Part shown: positions 9,943 to 19,004 of the stretch, piece after piece
Position numbering within the stretch: the stretch's first letter is position 1
How the letters are laid out: every line of letters begins with the position of its first letter
Source: Nannocystis bainbridge
Lineage (GTDB): Bacteria; Myxococcota_A; Polyangia; Nannocystales; Nannocystaceae
Assembly (NCBI RefSeq): GCF_028368995.1
Contig: NZ_JAQNDL010000001.1
Coordinates: forward strand, 1,312,001 to 1,376,000
Direction of reading: 5' to 3'
Length of the DNA: 64,000 nt
Made by a program: the position numbers and the translations under genes
The notes under the pieces: model-generated
The model's input: the letters and a program-made list of their open reading frames with translations, nothing else
Database searches by the model: none
What the model was told of the DNA's origin: nothing

Positions 9943-10623
9943 ATGAGCGAGTCGCTGACCCTCGCCCCGACCGCCGACCCGCAGGTGTTCCTCGCGCCTG
10001 ACGGCCGCCGCCTCTCACCACCCCCGGGCTGGACTTGCCTGCCGCCTGGCGACGCCGCCCTGACCCGCCGCGTCAAGCTGGCCGGCCCGTCGTGGGCCGT
10101 CGTCGAGAAGAAGGGCCGCAAGCTGTTCTCGCGCGGCCTGTGGGCCCCCGCCGCCACCATCGAATCGCTGCGGGTCACCCTCGACGCCGAGCGCTCGACC
10201 GAGGCCCACGCCAAGAAGCGCGCCGCCGACGTCGCTCGCCGCGAGCGGACCCAGGCCGCCTACGTCGTCACCTTCGAGCAGTCCGTGCTCGAGTTCCTGC
10301 GCTTCGCTCCGCTCTGGGACACGCTCGCCCGCACCGTCGCCGCCCGCGTCGCCGCCCACGCCACCCCGGTCGGCAGCGGCACCGTCGCCCGCACCGAGCG
10401 GATCCCCGTCGAGGAACGGGCCCGCGCCGCCGTCATCGCCTGGATGCGCCACCAGACCACCGGCTACGACGACATGCAGATCGCCCGGGTCAAGGGCGCC
10501 CGCCGCGAGGTCCGCCGCGAGCTCGCCGACATCTCTCGCGCCGTGCTCGACCTCCACCGCCGCGACGAGGCCCACACCGCCCGCGCCTGCCCGCTGTGCC
10601 AGGCCGCCGCCGCGCCCGCGTGA
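9943..10623 (+). CDS. DUF2293-like protein
   Basis: LPPGDAALTRRVK, GSGTVART, AAVIAWMRHQTTGYD pattern. Confidence 0.75.
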   Translation: MSESLTLAPTADPQVFLAPDGRRLSPPPGWTCLPPGDAALTRRVKLAGPSWAVVEKKGRKLFSRGLWAPAATIESLRVTLDAERSTEAHAKKRAADVARRERTQAAYVVTFEQSVLEFLRFAPLWDTLARTVAARVAAHATPVGSGTVARTERIPVEERARAAVIAWMRHQTTGYDDMQIARVKGARREVRRELADISRAVLDLHRRDEAHTARACPLCQAAAAPA

Positions 10624-10628
10624 CCGCC

Positions 10629-10698
10629 TGCGCTTCGGGACATGCCCCAAAGCGCATGTCCCTTTGAACATGGCGCCGAGGCCATGCTCTCCGGGCCA
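10629..10698. repeat. Array of five 14-bp boxes between convergent genes
   Basis: TGCGCTTCGGGACA|TGCCCCAAAGCGCA|TGTCCCTTTGAACA|TGGCGCCGAGGCCA|TGCTCTCCGGGCCA. Confidence 0.9.
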
Positions 10699-10768
10699 GG
10701 TACGCGAATGCCTGGACTCCCGCCGTCGAGCTCCCGGCCGCCCAGCGCGTGACGTGCGGTCCCCGCCC

Positions 10769-11197
10769 TCACTCCGTCAACCCGAGCGCCGCCACGAACG
10801 CCGCGAAGACGGGCGCCGCCACGATCCAGCGGTTGCCCTCGCTCCGGGACCACCGCAGCCGCAGCACCTGCGGCTGGACGGCATCGAAGCGATAGTCGAG
10901 CACGATCGGCGCGTCGGAGCCGGGCCCGAAGTCGCCGACGATCAGCGCGAGGTCCGGATCGATGCCATCCGGGTCGGCCATGGGGTCGCGCCAAAAGCTC
11001 GGGTACTTCGACATCGCCGCCCGGACCGTCGTGAACGGCGGTCGCGCCAGACAGAGCCCGTCCTCCTCGGGCGCGAGCGCCTGGATCCGCGCCAACTTGG
11101 CCCACGGCGCTCGCTGCTGGCTCAGCACCTCCTCGCGGGTGCGAGGCCAGCGGCCCGCGTCGAGCAGCACCTGCAGCAGCGGCGGCGGCGGCAGCAC
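10769..11197 (-). CDS. Hypothetical protein, SMI1/KNR4 (SUKH)-like
   Basis: IVGDFGPGSDAPIVLDYR...WIVAAPVFAAFV resembles a SUKH C-terminus; TAGGCT-N6-GTG start. Confidence 0.55.
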   Translation of the reverse strand: MLPPPPLLQVLLDAGRWPRTREEVLSQQRAPWAKLARIQALAPEEDGLCLARPPFTTVRAAMSKYPSFWRDPMADPDGIDPDLALIVGDFGPGSDAPIVLDYRFDAVQPQVLRLRWSRSEGNRWIVAAPVFAAFVAALGLTE

Positions 11198-11290
11198 GAT
11201 CGCAGCCTAGCACCCCGCGAGTCGGCATCGTCGCTCTTCTCGAAGTCCCTGCCGCTCGCATTTTCTCGCCGCGCGCGGCTACCATCGTCG

Positions 11291-12784
11291 GTGGTGACCC
11301 GCCCCTCGCCCTTCGTCCGCCTCGGGTTCGCCGTGCGTCGCGGCTTCGGGCGCTTCACCCCCGATCCCTTCGTCGTCGCCGTCGCCATGACGCTCGTCAC
11401 CCTCGTCGCCGGCCTCGTCGCCCTCGGTGACGGCGCCGGCGGCCTCGTCCCCGTCCTCCGCCTGTGGAGCGCCAGCGGCGGCCTGTGGTCGCTGCTGGCC
11501 TTCGCCGGCCAGATGGCGCTCATGCTGACCCTCGGCACCGCCCTCGCCGCCGCCCCGCCCGTGCGGCGCGGCCTCGAAGCCCTCGCCCGTCGGGCCAGCG
11601 GCCCGCGCGGCCTCGTCGGCCTGGTCGCCTTTGGCTCCTGCACCCTCTGCCTCTTCAACTGGTCGCTCGGCCTCGTCTGCGGCGCCATGTTCGCCCGCAC
11701 CGCCGGCGACGAGGCGCGCCGTCGCGGCCTCGCCGTGCACTACCCGCTCCTGTGCGCCGCCGGCTACGCCGGCATGATGGTGTGGCACGGCGGCCTGTCC
11801 GGCACCGCCCCGCTCAAGGCCACCACCCTCGCCGACCTCACCGAGGTCCTCGGCCCCGAGCTCGCCGCTCGCGTCGGCCCGATCGGCCTCGACGCCAGTC
11901 TGCTCGGCGGCCTCAACCTCGCCGTCACCGGCGGCCTGTGGCTGCTGGCCCCGCTCGTGTTCATGGCCCTCACCCCGGCCGCCGGCGCCGACCCCGACCC
12001 GCAGCCCGCCCCGCCCCCGGGACATGTCCTCCTCGACATTGTTGAAGGGACATGTCCCGAGGAACATGCCCCTTCGACCACGGGCGCCCCCTCGACCGGA
12101 GCCACCAGCGCTCTGCCCGCCCCGTCCGGCCCGCGGGCTCCCGCCGCCCCGCCCGTGAGCGGTCTCGACTGGCTCGAGCGCTCGCCGCTGGTCGTGTGGG
12201 CGCTGGCGCTGCCGGCCGCGGCCGCGCTGGTATTTGCGCTCGGCGACACCGCCGGCCCGGCGCTCGACCTCAACGCCATCAACCTCGCGCTGTGGGTGCT
12301 CGCCCTGGTCCTGCACGGCCGCCCCGACGCCTTCGTGCGCGCCTGCGACGGCGGAGCCCGGGCCTCCGCCGGCATCCTGCTGCTGTTCCCGCTCTACGGC
12401 GGCATCATGGGCGTCATGAAGGGCACCGGCCTGGCCGCGGCGCTCGCCGGCGCGTTCGCGGCCGCCGACCCGCGCGTCTTCACCACCCTCACCTTCGTCT
12501 CGGCCGGCTTCCTCAACCTCTTCATCCCCTCGGGCGGCGGCCAGTGGGCCGTGCAGGGGCCGATCGTCATGAGCGCGGCGCTCGAGCGCGGCGTCGACCC
12601 GACCCACGCGATGCTGGCGATCGCCTACGGCGACCAGTGGACCAACATGCTGCAGCCGTTCTGGGCCGTCCCGCTGCTGGCGATCACCGGCGTGCGCGCG
12701 CGCGACATCATCGGTTACTGCACCCTGTGGCTGCTCGCCGGCGGCCTGTGGATCGCCGCCTGCCTGTTCCTCGCCTCGCTGTGA
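11291..12784 (+). CDS. atoE: Short-chain fatty acid transporter (AtoE family)
   Basis: PDPFV, HYPLLCAAGY, WHGGLSGTAP, FIPSGGGQWAVQGP, YGDQWTNMLQPFWA; multiple TM helices. Confidence 0.88.
   Translation: MVTRPSPFVRLGFAVRRGFGRFTPDPFVVAVAMTLVTLVAGLVALGDGAGGLVPVLRLWSASGGLWSLLAFAGQMALMLTLGTALAAAPPVRRGLEALARRASGPRGLVGLVAFGSCTLCLFNWSLGLVCGAMFARTAGDEARRRGLAVHYPLLCAAGYAGMMVWHGGLSGTAPLKATTLADLTEVLGPELAARVGPIGLDASLLGGLNLAVTGGLWLLAPLVFMALTPAAGADPDPQPAPPPGHVLLDIVEGTCPEEHAPSTTGAPSTGATSALPAPSGPRAPAAPPVSGLDWLERSPLVVWALALPAAAALVFALGDTAGPALDLNAINLALWVLALVLHGRPDAFVRACDGGARASAGILLLFPLYGGIMGVMKGTGLAAALAGAFAAADPRVFTTLTFVSAGFLNLFIPSGGGQWAVQGPIVMSAALERGVDPTHAMLAIAYGDQWTNMLQPFWAVPLLAITGVRARDIIGYCTLWLLAGGLWIAACLFLASL
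12025..12080. repeat. Four in-frame 14-bp boxes inside an atoE loop
   Basis: TGTCCTCCTCGACA|TTGTTGAAGGGACA|TGTCCCGAGGAACA|TGCCCCTTCGACCA. Confidence 0.8.
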
Positions 12785-12907
12785 CCGCAGGGCGTGATTC
12801 CGGCGCCTCCCGCTGTGGGCCTCGCCAGTCGCCGCATCCTCGTCGCTGCTTCGCTGTGATCCACGGCCCCGCCTCGCGGGGACTCGCAGTCCGCGAGTCG
12901 CCAGAAA

Positions 12908-12963
12908 TGTCCCTTCGAGCATGCCCCTTAAAACATGTCTCTTCGAGCATGCCCTTTCAGACA
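12908..12963. repeat. Array of four 14-bp boxes between convergent genes
   Basis: TGTCCCTTCGAGCA|TGCCCCTTAAAACA|TGTCTCTTCGAGCA|TGCCCTTTCAGACA. Confidence 0.9.
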
Positions 12964-12984
12964 TGCTCTCTCACACCGCCGGCC

Positions 12985-13686
12985 TCACAGGCACAGCGAC
13001 ACCAGATCGCCGATCACTTCCTTGCACGTCGTCCCCTCCGCGCACACCGGCGCGTCGGGCGAGCCCGTGCACAGGGCCGCGCACATCCCGGTGAGCGTCC
13101 CCGCGTCGACCTCGAAGCACACCAGGCCCTTCGCGCAGTCGTCGAGCCCGCTGTGCGGCTGGTCCTGGACCGTGCACGCCTCACCGACCGCCGCGCCCGG
13201 ATTGGCCGCCGGCACGCACGCGATCGCCGTCAATGTCCCGTCGTCGCCGACGGGCGCGCACTTCTGACCGTCGGGGCAGTCCTGCACCCACGGATCGCAG
13301 TCGAGCTGCACGCCCATGTCGGGCGCCGCGTAGATGAACGCCCCGCCCTCGCTCGAGCTGCTGCAGCTCACGCACTCGGTCGTGCTCGTCTCGCCGCCCT
13401 CGCTGCCGCTGCTCGTCCCGGTCCCGCCGATCGTCCCGCTCGACGTCGGCGCGCTCGTCAGCGTCGTCCCCTCGGTCGTCGAGGACGTCGAGCCTGTCAC
13501 TTCGGTGGTCGCGTCGCCCGACTCGCTGTCGCCCTTGTCGGTCCCGCAGGCCGCCCCGAGCAGCGCCAGCCCGACCGCCCAGCCCCACCCGCCCGGGGCT
13601 GTCCCTTCGGCCAGATGAGTCCCGCAGAACGGGCACACGGACTCGGCGATGCGGAGATGGCGGGCACAGCCGGAGCAGGGCTTCAT
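12985..13686 (-). CDS. Cys-rich lipoprotein with N-terminal CxxCxRH-x7-CPFC motif; candidate rSAM substrate
   Basis: MKPCSGCARHLRIAESVCPFCG, lipobox LLGAAC, Ser/Thr/Gly linker, single Tyr in FIYAAPD, CDPWVQDCPDGQKC domain. Confidence 0.8.
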   Translation of the reverse strand: MKPCSGCARHLRIAESVCPFCGTHLAEGTAPGGWGWAVGLALLGAACGTDKGDSESGDATTEVTGSTSSTTEGTTLTSAPTSSGTIGGTGTSSGSEGGETSTTECVSCSSSSEGGAFIYAAPDMGVQLDCDPWVQDCPDGQKCAPVGDDGTLTAIACVPAANPGAAVGEACTVQDQPHSGLDDCAKGLVCFEVDAGTLTGMCAALCTGSPDAPVCAEGTTCKEVIGDLVSLCL

Positions 13687-13832
13687 CACCCTCACGCTAC
13701 CGCCGCCGCCGCTTGCGGGCAACTCACGGGGCCGGGGCCGCGAGCGCCGTCGCCCTCACACGAATTCTCGAGCCGCCGAATGCCCCGATCGAGCTCGTCC
13801 TTCGCCCCGCGTCGAGCCGCGAGCGATCGCCG

Positions 13833-15149
13833 TCATAGCTCGCCGAGCGGCGTGCCCGGGCCGAAGAACGCCACCTCTCGCCCGCAGCGCGGCCCCTCGA
13901 TCGTCACCGGCCCCGCGCCGGCAGCCTTCGGCTCACGCACCACGCGGAACAGCCCGTGGGCGAACGCCTGATCGTCGGCGCCCGCGACCTGCTCGACGCG
14001 CTCGCGTAGGCCCATCCGATCCATCTCGAGCGCGCGGTGATGGCAATAGGGGTTGTTGCCCGGGCGCCCGAGCAGCGGCTCGCTCATCGCCGTGCAGCCG
14101 CCCATGCAAGTGTCGGCGTAATAGCACTCGCGGCAATAGCCCCACAGCGAATCGAGGCCGCGCTGCTCGACGTAGCGGATCTCCGGCGCCCGCTCCCACA
14201 GCGCGCGCAGCCCGTGGTCGCGCCAGTTGCCGCCGGCGTTGACCGCACCGCCGACGCTCGGGCACGACTTGATGGTCCCGTCGGCCTCGATCCCGAGCCC
14301 GGTGCGCCCCGCCGAGCAGCCCTTGTAATGCCCGTCCTCCTGCTGCAGGCGGCGCAGCTTGCCCTCGAGCGGGCCGAAGTAGCCGAGGTTGTTGCCCGGC
14401 CAGAACCGCAGCTTGCGGGCCGCGCAGCGGGCGATCACGCGGTCGAGCATGGGGAACAGCTCGAGCAGTTCGAATGGTTGCAGCAGCAGCTCGGGGTGGT
14501 CGGCCGCGTTGCCGTGCGGCATCGTCAAGAACATCTGCCACACCTCGGCCCCGGCGTCGGCCAGCAGCTCGCCGAGCGGCAGCAGCTCGCGCCAGGTCAG
14601 CCGGTTGATCTGCGTGTTGGCGGCGATGCGCGCCCCCGCCTTGCGGCTGTGCGCCAGCGCCTCGAAGCAGCGGCGCCACCCGCCCGGCGTCCCACGCAGC
14701 GTGTCGTGGCTGGCCTCGAGCCCGTCGATCGACACCGACACCAGCTGCAGCCCGGCCTCCACCAGGGCGTCGGCGCGGGTCTGGGTCAGCCCGAGCCCGC
14801 CGGTGGTCAGCGAGCAGCTCATGCCGCGCTCGCGGATGCGCCGGATGACCCAAAGGACATCTGCGCGCAGGTAGGCCTCGCCGCCGATCAGCGCCACCTC
14901 GCCGACACCGAGCTCGGCCAGCTCGTCGACCAGGCGCAGCGCCTCGTCGGTCGTCAGCTCGTCCGGCCGCGCGGTCCCGGCGCGAGGGCCGCACGCCTGA
15001 CAGCGCTGGTCGCAGGCGCGCGTGAACTCCCACACCGCCAGCGCTGGCCGCTGGACCGCGCCCCGCGGCGGCGGCAGCACGCGGCGGCCGCGACCCGGCG
15101 GCAGCGACTCCACCACCGGCAAGCGCCGGCGCGCCTCACGGAGCTTCAC
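13833..15149 (-). CDS. Radical SAM/SPASM protein of the PlpX/GDL-associated (splicease-like) family
   Basis: VWEFTRACDQRCQACGPRAG, LIGGEAYLR, NTQINR, GNNLGYFGP, GCSAG..GIEADGTIKSCPS, LWGYCRECYYADTCMGGC, GRPGNNPYCHHRAL; GTG start at 15149 or 15158. Confidence 0.88.
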   Translation of the reverse strand: MKLREARRRLPVVESLPPGRGRRVLPPPRGAVQRPALAVWEFTRACDQRCQACGPRAGTARPDELTTDEALRLVDELAELGVGEVALIGGEAYLRADVLWVIRRIRERGMSCSLTTGGLGLTQTRADALVEAGLQLVSVSIDGLEASHDTLRGTPGGWRRCFEALAHSRKAGARIAANTQINRLTWRELLPLGELLADAGAEVWQMFLTMPHGNAADHPELLLQPFELLELFPMLDRVIARCAARKLRFWPGNNLGYFGPLEGKLRRLQQEDGHYKGCSAGRTGLGIEADGTIKSCPSVGGAVNAGGNWRDHGLRALWERAPEIRYVEQRGLDSLWGYCRECYYADTCMGGCTAMSEPLLGRPGNNPYCHHRALEMDRMGLRERVEQVAGADDQAFAHGLFRVVREPKAAGAGPVTIEGPRCGREVAFFGPGTPLGEL

Positions 15150-15266
15150 CAGGGCCACGCTAACACGGTCCCGGCGCCGCTCTTTCGCGTGTGATCCAAA
15201 TCGGCTCGCCGCGCTGCGAACAGTCTTGCACACCCGCCGCCCCGCCCTCACGTTCCAGGGAGCAAC

Positions 15267-16127
15267 ATGCCCGCACCCGAGACCTCTCCGCGACCTGCGA
15301 CGACGACTTCCCGTCTTCGAGAGCCCCCCTTCACCCTCCTGCGCAGGGCGATGGGCGACGGGCCCACGCGGCGGCGCAAGCTGCTCGGCCTGGCGCTGGC
15401 GCTGCGCAGCTACGGCGACGAGCGGCAGGTGATGCCGAGGCTGCAGCGCCTCAAGGAGCTGGGGTGGGTCGACGAGATCCCGACGCGGATCCAGCGAATG
15501 CTCGGCGCGATCGACATGATGCGGTTCTTCATCGTGCCATGCGCGGCCGACTATTACCGGTCGAAGGGCATCAACTTCTATTTTCACACCCTGCTGCGCT
15601 TCCTCGACGACCCCTCGTCGCTCATCGATCCCACGGGCTTCAACAGCGGGCGCGACACCATCATCGGCCACGTCCTCCAGGTCGTGCACGCCAACCCCGA
15701 CTACGACCTGCAGCTGCTCGACTCGTTCCCCGACGGCCTGCACGCGATGGAGGAGCAGATCCTGGCGATCCTCGGCGGCACCCACCCGCGCGCCGCCTCG
15801 CTGCTCGCCACCGTCGAGGACCCGGAGTACCACGCCCGCCTGCTCGACCACGTGCGCGAGTTCCGGCGCCGCCAGCCGACGAGCGCCTCGCTGGTCCGCG
15901 AGAACATCCTCGGCGACGCCCACTTCCGGGTGCTCGAGCGGACCTTCGGCGAGCTGCCCCGGGCCATGCGCTACTTCAGCAAGCTGCCCCGCAGCCCGCT
16001 CGCGGCCGCCCGCCACCTGCTGTCGGTGCGCGAGTTCCCGCTGCACCTGGCCGAGGCGCTCTACAGCGAGCGGCCGGCCCCGCCCGAGGCGCTCTACGCC
16101 GAGCCGCCGGCCCCGGCCGAGACATGA
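15267..16127 (+). CDS. Hypothetical protein
   Basis: Long ORF with GC3-biased codons and globular composition; start may be 15351. Confidence 0.75.
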   Translation: MPAPETSPRPATTTSRLREPPFTLLRRAMGDGPTRRRKLLGLALALRSYGDERQVMPRLQRLKELGWVDEIPTRIQRMLGAIDMMRFFIVPCAADYYRSKGINFYFHTLLRFLDDPSSLIDPTGFNSGRDTIIGHVLQVVHANPDYDLQLLDSFPDGLHAMEEQILAILGGTHPRAASLLATVEDPEYHARLLDHVREFRRRQPTSASLVRENILGDAHFRVLERTFGELPRAMRYFSKLPRSPLAAARHLLSVREFPLHLAEALYSERPAPPEALYAEPPAPAET

Positions 16128-16185
16128 CCTTCAGGGCATGTCCACGAGGGCATGCCCCATGGGACATGCCTCCGGCGACATGTCC

Positions 16186-16194
<9 letters not shown>
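16125..16194. repeat. Array of five 14-bp boxes spanning the whole gap between two convergent stop codons
   Basis: TGACCTTCAGGGCA|TGTCCACGAGGGCA|TGCCCCATGGGACA|TGCCTCCGGCGACA|TGTCCTCACGGACA. Confidence 0.92.
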
Positions 16195-16842
<648 letters not shown>

Positions 16843-16925
16843 GGCCCGGGTTATGGCACGACTCGCGCGCGGGCTGTAGTCCTCGTCCGCTCTCGCCGGC
16901 GCGTCGACTCACGGCGATCGGCCGG

Positions 16926-16983
16926 GCGGCCGCGGGGCCGCGGGGCCGCGGAGCCGCAGGGCCGCGGAGCCGCAGGGCCGCAG
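16926..16983. repeat. 8-bp GC-rich tandem repeat (GGCCGCGG/AGCCGCAG variants)
   Basis: About 7 imperfect units in the intergenic spacer. Confidence 0.6.
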
Positions 16984-16984
16984 C

Positions 16985-18214
16985 TCATGGGTGCTTGTCG
17001 CCGACGTCGCAGAGGAAGCGGTAGCTGCTCGCGCCCTCGCCGAAGCTCACGGTCGCGTAGCTCTTGGCGGTGCCGTCCGGGTTCCACTTGTAGATCATCG
17101 AGCAGCCGGCGCAGTGGTCCTCGTCGGGCTGATCGGCGTAGGGAGTGTCGCGGACCCAGTAGGGTTGGTCGTCGCCGGCGCGCCAGCCGGGGCAGTCGTT
17201 CGAGTTGAGCGCCTTCATCTCGCAGGTGGCCCCGACCGCCGTGGGATAGATGGCGAGGATCGCCAGGTAGTCGACGTTCGCCGCCACCGAGCCGCCGCCG
17301 ACCGGGGCGATGTTGCTGGTGGTCGCGACCTCGTACGACGACTTCACGTGCGCCGGCGTGCGCGTGACGAGCAGGTGCATGCCGTACTTCTTGCACACCT
17401 CCTCGGCCTTCTTGGCGCCCTTGTCGCTCTCGAGGCCGAACTCGCTGTCGACCTTGAGGAACGTGTAGCCGCCGCCGTCGCTGTCCATGTCGCACCACGC
17501 CTCGACGCTGGTCTCGCCGCCGAGCGCCTCGGGCCACAGACGGTATTTGCCGGTGCTGGCGCGCGGCACCAGCGTCTTGACCTGCAGGCAGCTCCTGGCC
17601 TCGACGCACGACGACATGCAGCCGTCGGTCTCGTCGGTGTTGTTGTCGTCGCAGTCCTCTTCGCCGTTGATGATCGCGTCGCCGCAGCGGGGCCCCGGCT
17701 CGCACGCGGTGGTGCAGCCCTCGTAGGCCTCGTCGTCGTTGGCCGGGCCGGCGTCGCACTGCTCGAGCTCGGCGCGGACGAAGCCGTCGCCACAGCGGGC
17801 GTGCTGACACGCGCCGACGCACGCGTCGGTGTCGTCGTCGTTGCCGTCGTCGCACGCCTCGCCGGCCTGGAGCACCCCGTCGCCGCAGGTCGTCGGCGTG
17901 CAGTCCGACTTGCAGGCGTCGAGCTCGTCGTCGTTGCCGTCGTCGCACTGCTCGTCGCCGGCCACCACCCCGTCGCCGCACACCGGCGGCACTTCGGTCG
18001 TGACCGTCGGCTCGCTCGAAGTCGTCAGCGGCGGGGTCGAGGTCGTCGTCGCCTCGGTCGTCGTCGTGCCCGGATCGCCGGTGGTCGCGGTGTCGGCCAG
18101 CGCCGCGCAGGCGAAGTCGCCCTCGCGGCAGCCGGACGAGTGACAGGCGGGCACCGTCGCCAGCGCAGCGGCGGCGAAGAGACCAGGGAGGAGGGCTCGG
18201 GACGCGGCGGCCAT
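16985..18214 (-). CDS. Lipoprotein with myxobacterial cysteine-rich repeats (DUF4215-like) and a fibrinogen-like WCDM domain
   Basis: Repeated CGDGxxxxxExCDDGN, RSCLQVK...GKYRLWP...WCDM..GGG. Confidence 0.85.
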   Translation of the reverse strand: MAAASRALLPGLFAAAALATVPACHSSGCREGDFACAALADTATTGDPGTTTTEATTTSTPPLTTSSEPTVTTEVPPVCGDGVVAGDEQCDDGNDDELDACKSDCTPTTCGDGVLQAGEACDDGNDDDTDACVGACQHARCGDGFVRAELEQCDAGPANDDEAYEGCTTACEPGPRCGDAIINGEEDCDDNNTDETDGCMSSCVEARSCLQVKTLVPRASTGKYRLWPEALGGETSVEAWCDMDSDGGGYTFLKVDSEFGLESDKGAKKAEEVCKKYGMHLLVTRTPAHVKSSYEVATTSNIAPVGGGSVAANVDYLAILAIYPTAVGATCEMKALNSNDCPGWRAGDDQPYWVRDTPYADQPDEDHCAGCSMIYKWNPDGTAKSYATVSFGEGASSYRFLCDVGDKHP

Positions 18215-18234
18215 GGCGAGTCGGAAGCAGCGGG

Positions 18235-18897
18235 TCAGAAGCGGGCCACGAGGCCGGCGCCGAACGGGGCGCCGGTGAGCGTGGCGCGGCCCGGGCGGAG
18301 CTGCCGGCGGGCCAGGAGGTAACGGGTCAGCAGCGCCACACCTGCCCCGAAGGCCAGGCCGACTCCGGCGCCGAGGAACATCGCCGCCGCCCCCTCGCGC
18401 CGCAGCGGCGAGAGGTCGAGCGCCGCGTCACTCTTGCCGCCGTCGTGGAGCATCTTCTGCACGCGCTGCCACTCGGTGACGTACCACGCCACCCCGACGA
18501 TGGCGAGCGTCCCCCCGCCCGCGAGCTCGCCCCACAGCGCCCGGTCGCGGGCTCCGAGCCCCGCGGTGAGCGCACTCGCCCCGAGCCCGAGCCCCGCGCC
18601 GATCATCGCCGTGCCGGTGTGGGTCGCGTTGACGGCGGACACGTACGCGGCGTTGTCGGGCGCCGGCGTGAACACGCGATAGACATGACGGTCGCGCAAG
18701 ACGAGGCCGATCCCCGTCCCCAGCGTCAGCCCGCCGGTGAGCCCGAGCCCGAGTCCGAGCCCCAGCCGCGCGTCCGGCGACAGCCGCACCTCCGGGGTCG
18801 GGGCCGCGGGGCCGCGGCGCGGCGCCTGGCCGGCCGGGACCTGGGGCGAGACGGCGACCACGAGCGCCAGCGCCGACGCGACGACCGAAGCGACCAT
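18235..18897 (-). CDS. Hypothetical membrane protein
   Basis: Signal-like N-terminus and several Gly-rich hydrophobic helices. Confidence 0.65.
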   Translation of the reverse strand: MVASVVASALALVVAVSPQVPAGQAPRRGPAAPTPEVRLSPDARLGLGLGLGLTGGLTLGTGIGLVLRDRHVYRVFTPAPDNAAYVSAVNATHTGTAMIGAGLGLGASALTAGLGARDRALWGELAGGGTLAIVGVAWYVTEWQRVQKMLHDGGKSDAALDLSPLRREGAAAMFLGAGVGLAFGAGVALLTRYLLARRQLRPGRATLTGAPFGAGLVARF

Positions 18898-19004
18898 CCG
18901 TCCCGGCAATAGCATCCTTCCTCGCCGCTTGCACCCCCGGGGGCGTGCGCGCGGGCGCGTCCCCGGCGGCGCGGGACGTCGCCTGCATGTGGTACACGCG
19001 TCGT

